From Thermodesulfobacteriota bacterium (lineage in GTDB: Bacteria; Desulfobacterota; Thermodesulfobacteria; Thermodesulfobacteriales; Thermodesulfatatoraceae), in assembly GCA_013153725.1 (NCBI GenBank), contig JAADDY010000068.1, forward strand, positions 1-47,664: DNA of 47,664 bases, given 5' to 3'. Each line of letters begins with the position of its first letter. The first letter of the stretch is position 1. The notes under the pieces were generated by a model. The model was not told where the DNA came from, ran no database searches, and worked only from the letters and a program-made list of their open reading frames with translations. Of this stretch, positions 9,079 to 18,401 are shown piece after piece. The translations under genes were made by a program, and so were the position numbers.

Positions 9079-10020
9079 TCAAGGAAGGGATAGGCTTTTG
9101 GTCTTGGGATCGATCACCAGACAGTTTCCCCCTCGCCGTTTGGCCTCGTAAAGGGCCTCATCGGCTCGCAGGATCAGGTCGTCAACGTCTTTGTTGAGAG
9201 GGACATCCTCCCGGCGTATGAAACGGGCCACGCCGGCAGAAAGGGTGGTGGGCTCGAAACCTTCGGCCTGATAGCGGTTAAGGATTCGGCTCACTATCTT
9301 GCACACCCCGGCGGTATCGCAATGGGGGATCAGCAGGGCAAATTCGTCTCCTCCGTACCGGAAAGGCAGATCTATGTAGCGGCGGGTGGAAGAAAGGATG
9401 ATGTTGGCAAAACGCCGCAGGAGTTCGTCTCCAGCCTGGTGGCCGTAAGAATCGTTGTACTGTTTGAAATGGTCGATGTCGAACATCACCAGGTGGAGGG
9501 GATAGTTCTGACGCCACGCCCGGTAGCATTCCTCTGGAAGTTTTTCCTCAAAGTAGCGACGGTTGAAGATGCCGGTTAACGGGTCGCGAATGGTAAGGGC
9601 CCGGAGCTGTTCGCGAAGCTCTCGTTCCTTTAAGATGCGGGCAATCTTGGCCTCGAGCTCGTCGAAATCAAAGGGTTTTCGCACGAAATCGCTGGCCCCG
9701 GCCCGGATGACATCGGTGTATTTCACTTCCTTGGCGTGCCCGGTGATGGCGATGAGGTCAATCTCCGGCCATCTCTTCTTCACTTCCCTGATCAGGGTCA
9801 GGCCGTCCATTTCAGGCATCACGATGTCGGTGATGACGATGGTAAAAGGGCCGTTTGAGGAGATCTTCTCCAAGGCTTCCTTGCCGTTGGCGGCAACTTC
9901 ACACTGATAGCCAGCTCCTTCGAGATATTCTTTCAGGGATTCGCGAAAGAAGGCTTCGTCATCGACAACGAGGAACTTTTGTTTGGAAGGCTTTTGGAGC
10001 CAAAAAGTCGCTTTTTCCAT
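9079..10020 (-). CDS. Response regulator receiver + GGDEF diguanylate cyclase
   Basis: LVVDDE...[11 protein letters not shown]...RKPF receiver domain; [35 protein letters not shown]. Confidence 0.93.
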   Translation of the reverse strand: MEKATFWLQKPSKQKFLVVDDEAFFRESLKEYLEGAGYQCEVAANGKEALEKISSNGPFTIVITDIVMPEMDGLTLIREVKKRWPEIDLIAITGHAKEVKYTDVIRAGASDFVRKPFDFDELEAKIARILKERELREQLRALTIRDPLTGIFNRRYFEEKLPEECYRAWRQNYPLHLVMFDIDHFKQYNDSYGHQAGDELLRRFANIILSSTRRYIDLPFRYGGDEFALLIPHCDTAGVCKIVSRILNRYQAEGFEPTTLSAGVARFIRREDVPLNKDVDDLILRADEALYEAKRRGGNCLVIDPKTKSLSLP

Positions 10021-10456
10021 ATTTCCATTTTAGATAATCTGCCAGAATTCGGCCATGATCAAAAACCAACTTTTCCGCTGGGATTTCTTCGGGCCGAAAA
10101 AGGCGTGCCCGCAGGGCGTCGTCCTGGCCTTTGGGTTCCCCGTCGGCTTCGGCCACGTAAACCGTGGTGATGGTGTGGAAACGCGGGTCCCGGTTGGGTT
10201 CGGAATAGGTGTAGAACTGGCACTTGAGCCTCACCTCGAGCCCTGTTTCCTCTCTGGCTTCCCTTACAGCCGCCTCTTCCAGGCTTTCACCGTAATCCAC
10301 AAAACCTCCTGGCAACGCCCAGCCGTGAGGGGGGTTCTTGCGCTCGATGAGGACGATTCGCTCTCCCACCTCGATGATGATATCCACCGTGGGAAAAGGG
10401 TTGCGGTAAGTCTCGATTTCAGCCCCGCATTGGGGGCAAAGGCGTTTCTTCCTCAT
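9959..10456 (-). CDS. NUDIX hydrolase
   Basis: [28 protein letters not shown] Nudix box; N-terminal CPQCG. Confidence 0.92.
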   Translation of the reverse strand: MRKKRLCPQCGAEIETYRNPFPTVDIIIEVGERIVLIERKNPPHGWALPGGFVDYGESLEEAAVREAREETGLEVRLKCQFYTYSEPNRDPRFHTITTVYVAEADGEPKGQDDALRARLFRPEEIPAEKLVFDHGRILADYLKWKYGKSDFLAPKAFQTKVPRCR

Positions 10457-11220
10457 GGGACATACTTCCGGGTGATGGGAACCATCTCTTCGTGGATGAG
10501 GCCGTTTGAGGCCAGGATGTGGTTCTGGAAGGGATCGTAAGCCTCGCCGAGATAGTTGGTCACCCTGCCCCCGGCTTCTTCTACCAGGAGGATACCGGCG
10601 GCGGTATCCCAGGGTTTGAGGAGTGGTTCCCAGAAGCCGTCGAATCTGCCGCAGGCCACGTAAGCCAGATCAAGGGCCGCAGCCCCGGCACGCCTTACCC
10701 CCTGGGCCTTGATCAAAAAATCCCGAAAGGCCCCCACCACTTTATCGGGTTGTTCGTGGATGCCATAAGGGAAACCCGTGGCCAAAACGGCGTCTTTGAG
10801 GGAGGAAACCCGGGAGACCTTTAAGGCTTTGCCGTTTAGAAAGGCGCCCTTGCCTCTCTCGGCCCAGAAAAGCTCGTCCAGCATCACGTGGTAGACCACC
10901 CCCAGCACCGGCTTCTTGTCTTCCATGAGGGCGATGCTCGGGGCAAACCACGGAAACCGGTGGGCGTAATTGGTGGTGCCATCAAGGGGGTCCACCAGCC
11001 AGTAGCGCCCGGAAGGTTCGGTCTTGGCCTTCTCTTCGCCCAAGACGGGGATTTTCGAGGCGGAAAGGAGATCGACGATCAGGGCCTCGCTCTTGAGATC
11101 CACCTCCGTGACGAGGTCTATCTCGCCCTTGTGCCTTACCTCGATGGGGCGGTCGAAATACTCGCGCTGGAGCCTTCCAGCGGCCAGGGCGGCAGCTTTG
11201 GCGAGGGCCAGAAGGTTCAT
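10453..11220 (-). CDS. suhB: Inositol monophosphatase family protein
   Basis: [49 protein letters not shown]. Confidence 0.9.
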   Translation of the reverse strand: MNLLALAKAAALAAGRLQREYFDRPIEVRHKGEIDLVTEVDLKSEALIVDLLSASKIPVLGEEKAKTEPSGRYWLVDPLDGTTNYAHRFPWFAPSIALMEDKKPVLGVVYHVMLDELFWAERGKGAFLNGKALKVSRVSSLKDAVLATGFPYGIHEQPDKVVGAFRDFLIKAQGVRRAGAAALDLAYVACGRFDGFWEPLLKPWDTAAGILLVEEAGGRVTNYLGEAYDPFQNHILASNGLIHEEMVPITRKYVP

Positions 11221-12287
11221 GGGGTCTCCTTGAAGAGGGCTTTGAGGGCCCTTTTGTAAGGGGGCTTTGCCACCGCCACCTCGGTGATGATCCCCCGCAC
11301 GTAACGGGCAGGGGTCACGTCAAAGGCCGGGTTGGCGGCGGCCACCCCTTTGGGGGTGAGACGCTTTCCGCCACAGTAGTGGACCTCTTTCGGGTCTCGC
11401 CATTCGATGGGAATGTCTTTTCCGCTTTTTGTGTTGAGATCGATGGTGGAGCGCGGCGCCGCCACATAGAAGGGGATGCCGTTTTCTCTGGCCAGCACCG
11501 CCACGTTGTAAGTGCCGATCTTGTTGGCCACGTCGCCATTGGCGGCGATGCGATCAGCCCCTACCACGCAGGCGGCGATCTTCCCCTGGTGCATGAGGCT
11601 TCCCGAAGCCACGTCCGGAATGACGGTCACGGGAATGCCCACCTTTTTCATCTCCCAGGCGGTAAGACGCGCACCCTGGAGCCAGGGGCGGGTTTCGTCG
11701 GCGAAGACTTCGATTTTCTTGCCCGCCTCAAAGGCGGCACGGATGACCCCCAGGGCGGTTCCGTAGCCCCCGGTGGCCAGGGCCCCGGCGTTGCAGTGGG
11801 TGAGGATGGCGCCTTCCTCCGGAAGCAGGGCCGCCCCGAGCCTTCCCATCTTTCGGTTGGCGGCGATGTCTTCCTCCCAGATCTTCAAGGCTTCGGCCCG
11901 GAGGGCCTCTACGATGTCTGCCGGGGAGAGCTCTTCGCTTGCGGCCCTCTCAAGCATCCTCTCCACCGCCCAGGAGAGGTTGACTGCGGTGGGGCGGGCC
12001 TTCTTGAGCCCTTCTCCCACCCGCCGGAGTTTGGCCAAAAAGTCGCGCCGACTACGGGCCTTGATCCTCTCCGCCCCCAGAACCATCCCTATGGCCGCCG
12101 TAATGCCGATGGCCGGGGCGCCCCGCACCACCATGGACCGGATGGCCTCCCGCACCTCCTGCCAGGTGCGCAGGCGGAGATACTTCTCGCGCCAGGGTAA
12201 GAGCCGCTGATCGAGGAGCAGAAGCCCTTTGTCATCCCAGAGAATGGGGCGGATGATGTCGAGGTTGGGGGGGAGATATTCCGGCAT
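11217..12287 (-). CDS. mtnA: S-methyl-5-thioribose-1-phosphate isomerase
   Basis: LDQRLLP, MVVRGAPAIG, RPTAVNL, LTHCNAGALATGGYGTALG, DETRPWLQGARLTAWE. Start placed at ATG 12287, next to the gatB stop. Confidence 0.95.
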   Translation of the reverse strand: MPEYLPPNLDIIRPILWDDKGLLLLDQRLLPWREKYLRLRTWQEVREAIRSMVVRGAPAIGITAAIGMVLGAERIKARSRRDFLAKLRRVGEGLKKARPTAVNLSWAVERMLERAASEELSPADIVEALRAEALKIWEEDIAANRKMGRLGAALLPEEGAILTHCNAGALATGGYGTALGVIRAAFEAGKKIEVFADETRPWLQGARLTAWEMKKVGIPVTVIPDVASGSLMHQGKIAACVVGADRIAANGDVANKIGTYNVAVLARENGIPFYVAAPRSTIDLNTKSGKDIPIEWRDPKEVHYCGGKRLTPKGVAAANPAFDVTPARYVRGIITEVAVAKPPYKRALKALFKETP

Positions 12288-12288
12288 C

Positions 12289-13722
12289 TTAGCCCTCCTC
12301 CAGGAGCCTGGTAAGGAGCTGGTTGACCATCTTTGGGTTAGCCTTGCCCCTGGTCTCACGCATCACCTGGCCCACGAAGAAGCCGATGACGTTTTTCTTC
12401 CCTTTGCGGTATTTTTCCACCTCTTTGGGGTGAGCTTCGAGGACCTTCTGGCAAATGGCGAGAAGAGCACCCTCGTCGCTTTCCTGCTTGAGGCCCTTTT
12501 CTTCGACGATCTCTGAGGGGCTGCGCCCGGTCTCGTACACTTCCACAAAGATCTTCTTGGCGGCGGTGGAGCTGATCACCCCCTCGTCGAGCAACTTGAG
12601 GAGTTCGGTGAAGAGCTCCGGGGTGAGTTTCGTCTCGTCGATTTCCTTTCCTTCCCGGTTAAGTTCCCTGAGGACTTCCGTCATGATCCAGTTGCTGATG
12701 AGTTTGGGCTTGGGAAAGAGTCTGCAGCAGGCCTCGAAGAACTCCGCCAGCCGGCGGGAGGAGGTGATGATCTCGGCGTCATAGGCCGGGAGCTGATATT
12801 CTTCCATGAAACGGGCCTTTTTGACGTCGGGAAGTTCAGGGAGTGTCTTGCGGATCTCTTCCACCCAGGAGTCTTCGACCTCCACGGGCACCAGGTCGGG
12901 ATCGGGGAAGTAACGATAATCGTGGGCCTCTTCCTTGCCCCGCATGGACTGCGTTACCCCGCGGGAGACGTCGAAGAGGCGGGTCTCCTGGACGACCTCC
13001 TTGCCATCCAGGATGAGGGCAATTTGCCGCTTTATTTCATATTCCAGGGCCTTTTGCACGTGTTTGAAGGAGTTCATGTTCTTGAGCTCCACCTTGGTGC
13101 CGAAGGTCTCGCTCCCCTTTGGTCTCACGGAGACGTTGGCGTCGCAGCGGAGGCTTCCCTCTTCCATGTTTCCGTCGCAGATCTCGAGGTAGCGGACGAT
13201 GGAGCGCAGCTTCTTGAGGTAGGCCACGGCTTCGTCCGGGGAGCGCATATCGGGTTCGCTCACGATCTCGAGAAGAGGCACCCCGGTGCGGTTGAAATCC
13301 ACGTAAGAAACGGGCCGCGTTTCGTCGTGGATCAACTTGCCGGCATCTTCCTCCATATGGATGCGCACGAGGCCGATCTTTTTCTTCTGGCCGTCAATTT
13401 CGATTTCGATGTGGCCCCCTTCGGCCAGGGGGAGTTCGTACTGGGAGATCTGGTAGCCTTTGGGGAGGTCCGGGTAGAAATAATTCTTCCGGGCAAAGAC
13501 GGAGACGGGGTTTATGCGGGCGTTGGTGGCAAGAGCAAGCTTGATGGCGAACTCCACCACGCGTTTGTTGAGCACCGGAAGGCTTCCCGGCATTCCCAGG
13601 CACACCGGGCAGACGTGAGAGTTCGGAGCAGCACCGAACTCCGTGGAGCAGGAACAGAAAATTTTGCTCCTGGTGAGCAACTGGGCGTGGACCTCCAAGC
13701 CGATTACCGCCTCGAATTCCAT
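12289..13722 (-). CDS. gatB: Asp-tRNA(Asn)/Glu-tRNA(Gln) amidotransferase subunit B
   Basis: [50 protein letters not shown]. Confidence 0.98.
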   Translation of the reverse strand: MEFEAVIGLEVHAQLLTRSKIFCSCSTEFGAAPNSHVCPVCLGMPGSLPVLNKRVVEFAIKLALATNARINPVSVFARKNYFYPDLPKGYQISQYELPLAEGGHIEIEIDGQKKKIGLVRIHMEEDAGKLIHDETRPVSYVDFNRTGVPLLEIVSEPDMRSPDEAVAYLKKLRSIVRYLEICDGNMEEGSLRCDANVSVRPKGSETFGTKVELKNMNSFKHVQKALEYEIKRQIALILDGKEVVQETRLFDVSRGVTQSMRGKEEAHDYRYFPDPDLVPVEVEDSWVEEIRKTLPELPDVKKARFMEEYQLPAYDAEIITSSRRLAEFFEACCRLFPKPKLISNWIMTEVLRELNREGKEIDETKLTPELFTELLKLLDEGVISSTAAKKIFVEVYETGRSPSEIVEEKGLKQESDEGALLAICQKVLEAHPKEVEKYRKGKKNVIGFFVGQVMRETRGKANPKMVNQLLTRLLEEG

Positions 13723-13750
13723 ACGAAGACCTCCCTATGGCATTAGGCTG

Positions 13751-13780
13751 AACTTAGCTCTTCTTCGAGGCCCTTGTCAA
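13751..13780 (-). promoter_or_regulatory. Sigma70-type promoter for gatB operon
   Basis: TTGACA-N18-TAAGTT on the minus strand, then SD GGGAGG. Confidence 0.55.
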
Positions 13781-13789
13781 TCTGCAAAC

Positions 13790-13816
13790 AAAAAGGGCGC
13801 GTTTAAGACGCGCCCT
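13790..13816 (-). terminator. Rho-independent terminator of the small HTH gene
   Basis: AGGGCGCGT-ttaag-ACGCGCCCT stem with a T-run following on the minus strand. Confidence 0.8.
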
Positions 13817-13852
13817 CTAAAAAATTGTGGTTGGGGATGGTTTGGTTTGTTT

Positions 13853-14089
13853 TTAAGCTTTGCCAGCGGCCTTCAGCTCTTTGACAAAAGCATCGATGGG
13901 ATTTTCTCTTTTGCCGACTTTCTTAGGAATGTTAACCCCGCGTTTGCGCAACTCCGTAACGATTTTCATTACCTGGAACTTGCTGATGCCCAGCTTTTCT
14001 GCGATTTCCGCGGCGGACATCTTGAGATAGTTCTCATACACGAATTTTACGTCTTCTTTGGTTACGGGTCTACTACGCTTTCTCGCCAT
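13853..14089 (-). CDS. Small basic helix-turn-helix protein (78 aa)
   Basis: MSAAEIAEKLGISKFQVMKIVTELRKRG HTH signature; K/R-rich; SD AAAGGAGAGG. Confidence 0.85.
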   Translation of the reverse strand: MARKRSRPVTKEDVKFVYENYLKMSAAEIAEKLGISKFQVMKIVTELRKRGVNIPKKVGKRENPIDAFVKELKAAGKA

Positions 14090-14119
14090 AAAGCAGCCTC
14101 TCCTTTAAAGTTTTCTTCT

Positions 14120-14148
14120 TAGTTAGACAATTTATTATCAGATGTCAA
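14120..14148 (-). promoter_or_regulatory. Sigma70-type promoter for small HTH gene
   Basis: TTGACA-N17-TAACTA on the minus strand. Confidence 0.5.
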
Positions 14149-14161
14149 GCGTTTTGTCTTC

Positions 14162-14917
14162 TTAAAATTCGATTTTCCAAGAAGCGAGCTTTTTGAGAAC
14201 TTTTTCCGAGGTGAGGTTATAGTGGAGAGGAGTGATAGTTATGAAGCCTTCTTTCAAAGCTACCACGTCTGTCTCCGGATCGGTTTCTGTAAAACGTTCG
14301 CTGCACTGCCAATAATAAATGTTCCCATGAGGATCGACACGCTTTTCGAATTTTTCTATCAAGGGAGCGGTGCTTTGTTTAACGAATTTGATGCCCTTGA
14401 TTTTATGTGCCGGTAAAAAGGGAACGTTCACATTCAAACAAAAAATTTCCTCGGAGTTGTAATCTTTTAGTGCGTCCAGTAAACAGCTTGCAAAATAGGC
14501 GGCAAAACAATAATCCGGCTCTCGATATTCGCCTAGCGAAACAGCTATTCCCGGATAACCAAGAATTACTCCTTCTGTTGCGGCGGAAACCGTCCCGGAA
14601 TATAAGACATTGATGCCCACGTTAGCGCCTCTGTTTATACCCGAAAGAACGAGATCTATGCCAGGGCCAATCAATTCGTGAATGGCTATTTTGACACAAT
14701 CTGCAGGGGTGCCGTTAACAGCATAGCCAAAAAATACGTTACCTCTTTTTACTTTTTTTATACGGAGCGGGTCCGCAATGGTGATAGCATGCCCTACCGC
14801 GCTTCTTTCTGCTTCTGGAGCTACCACGAATACTTCGTGATCTTCGCACAGAGCATCGTATAGGGCGCACAGCCCCTCGGCAAAAATGCCATCATCATTT
14901 GTAAGGAGAATTCGCAT
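14162..14917 (-). CDS. surE: 5'/3'-nucleotidase SurE
   Basis: MRILLTNDDG, GTPADCV, LVLSGINRGANVG, YSGTVSAATEG. Start at ATG 14917 overlaps the upstream TAA (TAATG). Confidence 0.95.
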   Translation of the reverse strand: MRILLTNDDGIFAEGLCALYDALCEDHEVFVVAPEAERSAVGHAITIADPLRIKKVKRGNVFFGYAVNGTPADCVKIAIHELIGPGIDLVLSGINRGANVGINVLYSGTVSAATEGVILGYPGIAVSLGEYREPDYCFAAYFASCLLDALKDYNSEEIFCLNVNVPFLPAHKIKGIKFVKQSTAPLIEKFEKRVDPHGNIYYWQCSERFTETDPETDVVALKEGFITITPLHYNLTSEKVLKKLASWKIEF

Positions 14918-15042
14918 TATGATGGGCGCTCTTTTTCCAGGAAATGGATTAAGCAGGACTTGCGATGAGGACAATAATCTTTAGGATGCCGACATCCTTT
15001 CGATAAAGGGCTATATTCACCATCTTTGGCGCAGAAACCCAT
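14917..15042 (-). CDS. Small four-cysteine protein, hypothetical (start uncertain: 15042 or 15099)
   Basis: MGFCAKDGEYSPLSKGCRHPKDYCPHRKSCLIHFLEKERPS fills the argJ-surE gap, and its stop overlaps the surE ATG. Confidence 0.65.
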   Translation of the reverse strand: MGFCAKDGEYSPLSKGCRHPKDYCPHRKSCLIHFLEKERPS

Positions 15043-15061
15043 TTCCTCGGAATTGTCATCT

Positions 15062-16240
15062 TTAGGTTCGGTATTCGGCGTTGATTTTGACGTATTCATA
15101 AGAAAGATCACAAGTCAAAACTTCAGCAGAAGAATTACCCTCTTTTAGTTTAATTGTCAAAATGAACTCCGGTTTTTTCATTTCTTGGTGGGCCAGGCCT
15201 TCGGCTTCCTTTCCTTTTCCCAAGCCGTTTTTAACAATTTGTATTTGGTTGATGTAAATATCTACTTGGTACGGGTCAAAGTTGATACCGGCCCTTCCCA
15301 TGGCAGCCAAAATTCTTCCCCAGTTGGGATCTTCTCCAAAGAAGGCCGTTTTAACCAGAAGAGAATTGGCAACGGTTTTGGCCAGGGTCAGGGCTTCGGC
15401 TTCTGTGCGAGCTCCTTCAAGACGCACTCTCACCAGCTTGGTGGCTCCTTCTCCGTCTTTTACTATGAGACGAGCTAATTCCTGGCAGAGCTCCTGGAGG
15501 GCTTCCTCAAAGGTTTCCTGGTCCTGATGGCCTGACATTTCTCCCTGTAGACCATTGGCAAGGAGATAAACCGTGTCGTTGGTGCTGGTATCTCCATCCA
15601 CGGTGATGCGATTGAAGCTGAATTCCACGGCCTTCTGGAGGGTCTTTTGCAAGAAGGTCTTTTCTCCTCCCAGGTCCGTGAGCACGAAGGCCAACATGGT
15701 GGCCATGTTCGGGGCAATCATTCCGGCCCCCTTGGCAAAACCGAGAATTGTTCCCTCAAGCCCCGATGGTAAGGCTAACCGGCGGGAAACGATCTTGGGA
15801 AAGGTATCGGTGGTCATCATGGCTCGGGCGAAGGGCTCATATTTCTCCGGGGAAAGGCCTGAGAAGAGCTCCCCCAGCCGCTCTTTGATGCTGTTCACAG
15901 GTAAACGCTCTCCTATTACACCGGTAGAGGCCGGAAGAATGGTTTCCACAGGGGTCCCTGTGATGCTGGCCAGGGCTCCCAGAATCTCTTCGGCATCTTT
16001 CAGGCCGTCTTCACCGGTGCAGGCGTTGGCGCAGCCGCTGTTCACCAGGATGGCTCTTGCTCGCTTTCCGTGTTCCAAAAACGTATGCCCCAGAATCACG
16101 GGAGCGGCTTTGACGACGTTCTGAGTGAAGGTTGCGGCGGCTACGGCCTCTTTTTCGCTCCAGATGAGCCCCAGATCCAGCCCTTCTTTTTTGATCCCCG
16201 CGGCAAGGGCGTTGAACAGAAAACCTCTTGGTATTTCCAT
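15062..16240 (-). CDS. argJ: Bifunctional glutamate N-acetyltransferase / ornithine acetyltransferase
   Basis: NSGCANACTG, ASTGVIG, MTTDT, AKGAGMIAPNMATML, DGDTSTND, DGEGATK, INAEYRT; SD AAAGGAG 8 nt before ATG 16240. Confidence 0.97.
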   Translation of the reverse strand: MEIPRGFLFNALAAGIKKEGLDLGLIWSEKEAVAAATFTQNVVKAAPVILGHTFLEHGKRARAILVNSGCANACTGEDGLKDAEEILGALASITGTPVETILPASTGVIGERLPVNSIKERLGELFSGLSPEKYEPFARAMMTTDTFPKIVSRRLALPSGLEGTILGFAKGAGMIAPNMATMLAFVLTDLGGEKTFLQKTLQKAVEFSFNRITVDGDTSTNDTVYLLANGLQGEMSGHQDQETFEEALQELCQELARLIVKDGEGATKLVRVRLEGARTEAEALTLAKTVANSLLVKTAFFGEDPNWGRILAAMGRAGINFDPYQVDIYINQIQIVKNGLGKGKEAEGLAHQEMKKPEFILTIKLKEGNSSAEVLTCDLSYEYVKINAEYRT

Positions 16241-16433
16241 GGCCAAAACTCCTTTAGGTTAAATTCTGGGATTACTTTGTTTCATTCCCAACGACGGGCA
16301 AGGTGTTTTTCTCACAATGGCAGGGAAGATCCTTGCGCTCGCCATGTTTTTAACCCGTTATCTGTTTGTGCTTCCAGTAATATCTTATTGGGCTCCTTGT
16401 TGAGAAGCGCATTTCTTCCTAAAATGCCACCTT

Positions 16434-16709
16434 ATGGCCCGTATCAATATCGAAAAGGCCCTCCCCTGGGCCTTGAAACAAGCCGAACACCTCCAGGAGG
16501 GAGAGTGTGTCGACCTTCTCTGCAAAAAAAGAAACCGCCTGGTGCGAGTTGTAAAGCTGAAAGAAGGTTTCCGGCTGGAGGAGCGGGGCTTCTTCAAGGA
16601 GGATCATCGAGCTCAGGATATGAAGGAGTTGGAAAAGGCCCTTTCGCGCTTGATTGCTCGCGAATTTCCCCGGAGCCACATGCTTTGGGCCTTTAGACGG
16701 AGAGCCTGA
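16434..16709 (+). CDS. Hypothetical protein (91 aa)
   Basis: Protein-like composition with C-terminal EFPRSH; first gene of a plus-strand run, preceded by TTGTTG-N17-TAAAAT. Confidence 0.75.
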   Translation: MARINIEKALPWALKQAEHLQEGECVDLLCKKRNRLVRVVKLKEGFRLEERGFFKEDHRAQDMKELEKALSRLIAREFPRSHMLWAFRRRA

Positions 16710-16712
16710 AAA

Positions 16713-18401
16713 ATGGACGCCAGAGATCTTCTACAAAGAGTCTTGCGCCTGGAGGGCAAGGGATACGGGGCCTACAAGGACCTAAAGGGCCGCTATCGTT
16801 TCGAGGATTTCGAACTCATCATCGACAAGGTTCAGGCGGATCCCTTTGCTCCCCCGAGCCTTTTTCGATTGAGAATTTTTAGCGATCGGGCGCAGCTCCC
16901 CGCCTGGGCCTATGCCAACCCCTCACGTCAGATAGGGCTGGAGAACTTCCTGGCCTGGGTGGCGGAGAAGGAGGCCAGGCGCCTCACCAAACGATTGGGA
17001 ACCGGAAAGGGCGGCCTCATTTTGGTGCACGGGCCGGGGCAGGAGATGTTCCGGCGCACGGCCGTAGAGGTTGGCCCGGAAGGAGAAATAGAACTCCGGT
17101 TCTTTGTAGGGCTTCCCGCAGCAGGGCGCCGGATACTGGCCAAGGAAGCCCGAAAACTTCTTCTCGAGACCCTTCCTCTCCTCGCGAAGGCCTTGTTTTA
17201 CGAAAATCTTCCCCGAGATCTCCTGAAAAGATTTGTGGAAACAAACGAAGATGCCGATTTTTTAAGAACCAGACTCAAGGAACTGGGCCTGATCGCCTTC
17301 GTGGCTGATGGAAGCATTCTCCCCAGGGCTTCGGGGGTGGATCCTCGCCCTGCCCGGGGAGCAGTTCCCTTCAAGGCCCCGGAGAGCCTGGCGGTGGAGG
17401 TGGAACTGCCTCACCGGGGGCGGGTTCGCGGGCTTGGTATCCGCCCGGGGGTTACCCTCATCGTGGGGGGAGGCTTCCACGGGAAGTCGACCCTTTTGAG
17501 GGCGCTCGAGTTGGGGGTTTATAATCATGTTCCAGACGATGGAAGGGAGCTGGTGGTTACCGAACCTTCCGCGGTAAAAATTCGTGCTGAAGATGGGAGA
17601 CAGATAACCGGAGTAAATATCTCTCCTTTCATCGGGCGTCTTCCTTTTGGCAAGGATACGACCTCTTTTTCTACTCCCTGTGCTTCGGGATCCACCAGCC
17701 AGGCGGCCAATATCATGGAAGCCCTGGAAATGGGAGCAAGGGTCTTTCTCATCGACGAGGACACCTCTGCCACCAACTTTATGATTCGGGACGCTCGGAT
17801 GCAGGCTTTGATAAGCAAGGAAAAGGAGCCCATTATCCCTTACCTGGATCGGGTGCGGGAGCTTTATGAGAAGTTCGGTGTCTCAAGCATTTTGGTCATC
17901 GGTGGCTCCGGGGACTATCTGGAAGTAGCCGACACGGTAATAGCCATGGATCATTATCTTCCCGTCGACGTTACCCAAAGGGCCCGTGAGGTGGTAAAGG
18001 AGTTTCCCCTTGCCCGCAAAAGAGAGGTCGAAGGTCCTTTTTCCCTGCCTGCTCCGCGGAGGTTTGCCCCGCAAAGCTTTCCGAGAGATCGCAAAGGTCC
18101 GCGGGCCAAGGCCCTGGACCGCATCCTCTGGGGAAGGGAGCAGATCGACCTGGGGGCCTTGGAACAACTGGTGGACCGAGACCAGACCAACGCCATGGCT
18201 TACGCCCTCGAAATTCTGGCGGAAAGGCTCTCCCGGGGAGACAACCTCCCGGAGGCCGTTTCGAAGATCTGCGAAGAGGTCGAAAGAGAGGGGCTTCACA
18301 GGCTTTCGCCCCTGCCTCGAGGAGATCTGGCGGCGTTTCGCCCCTTTGAACTGGCAGGGGCCCTTAACCGGTTGAGGTCCTTGAAGATACGTCATGACTA
18401 G
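16713..18401 (+). CDS. ABC-class P-loop ATPase (ABC_ATPase / MRB1590-like family)
   Basis: GYGAYKDL, QADPFAPPS, Walker A GGGFHGKST, ASGSTSQAAN, Walker B LIDEDTSATNFM. Confidence 0.9.
   Translation: MDARDLLQRVLRLEGKGYGAYKDLKGRYRFEDFELIIDKVQADPFAPPSLFRLRIFSDRAQLPAWAYANPSRQIGLENFLAWVAEKEARRLTKRLGTGKGGLILVHGPGQEMFRRTAVEVGPEGEIELRFFVGLPAAGRRILAKEARKLLLETLPLLAKALFYENLPRDLLKRFVETNEDADFLRTRLKELGLIAFVADGSILPRASGVDPRPARGAVPFKAPESLAVEVELPHRGRVRGLGIRPGVTLIVGGGFHGKSTLLRALELGVYNHVPDDGRELVVTEPSAVKIRAEDGRQITGVNISPFIGRLPFGKDTTSFSTPCASGSTSQAANIMEALEMGARVFLIDEDTSATNFMIRDARMQALISKEKEPIIPYLDRVRELYEKFGVSSILVIGGSGDYLEVADTVIAMDHYLPVDVTQRAREVVKEFPLARKREVEGPFSLPAPRRFAPQSFPRDRKGPRAKALDRILWGREQIDLGALEQLVDRDQTNAMAYALEILAERLSRGDNLPEAVSKICEEVEREGLHRLSPLPRGDLAAFRPFELAGALNRLRSLKIRHD

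Noticed and set aside
16317-16403. 28-codon hydrophobic ORF MAGKILALAMFLTRYLFVLPVISYWAPC
   Set aside because: No SD or well-placed promoter, and it overlaps the divergent promoter region; insufficient support.
16707-16715. In-frame TGA-AAA-ATG between the 91-aa gene and the ABC ATPase, a possible readthrough
   Set aside because: No Cys-like context or SECIS-like hairpin seen. The ATPase has its own ATG with GGAG upstream and a complete N-terminus.
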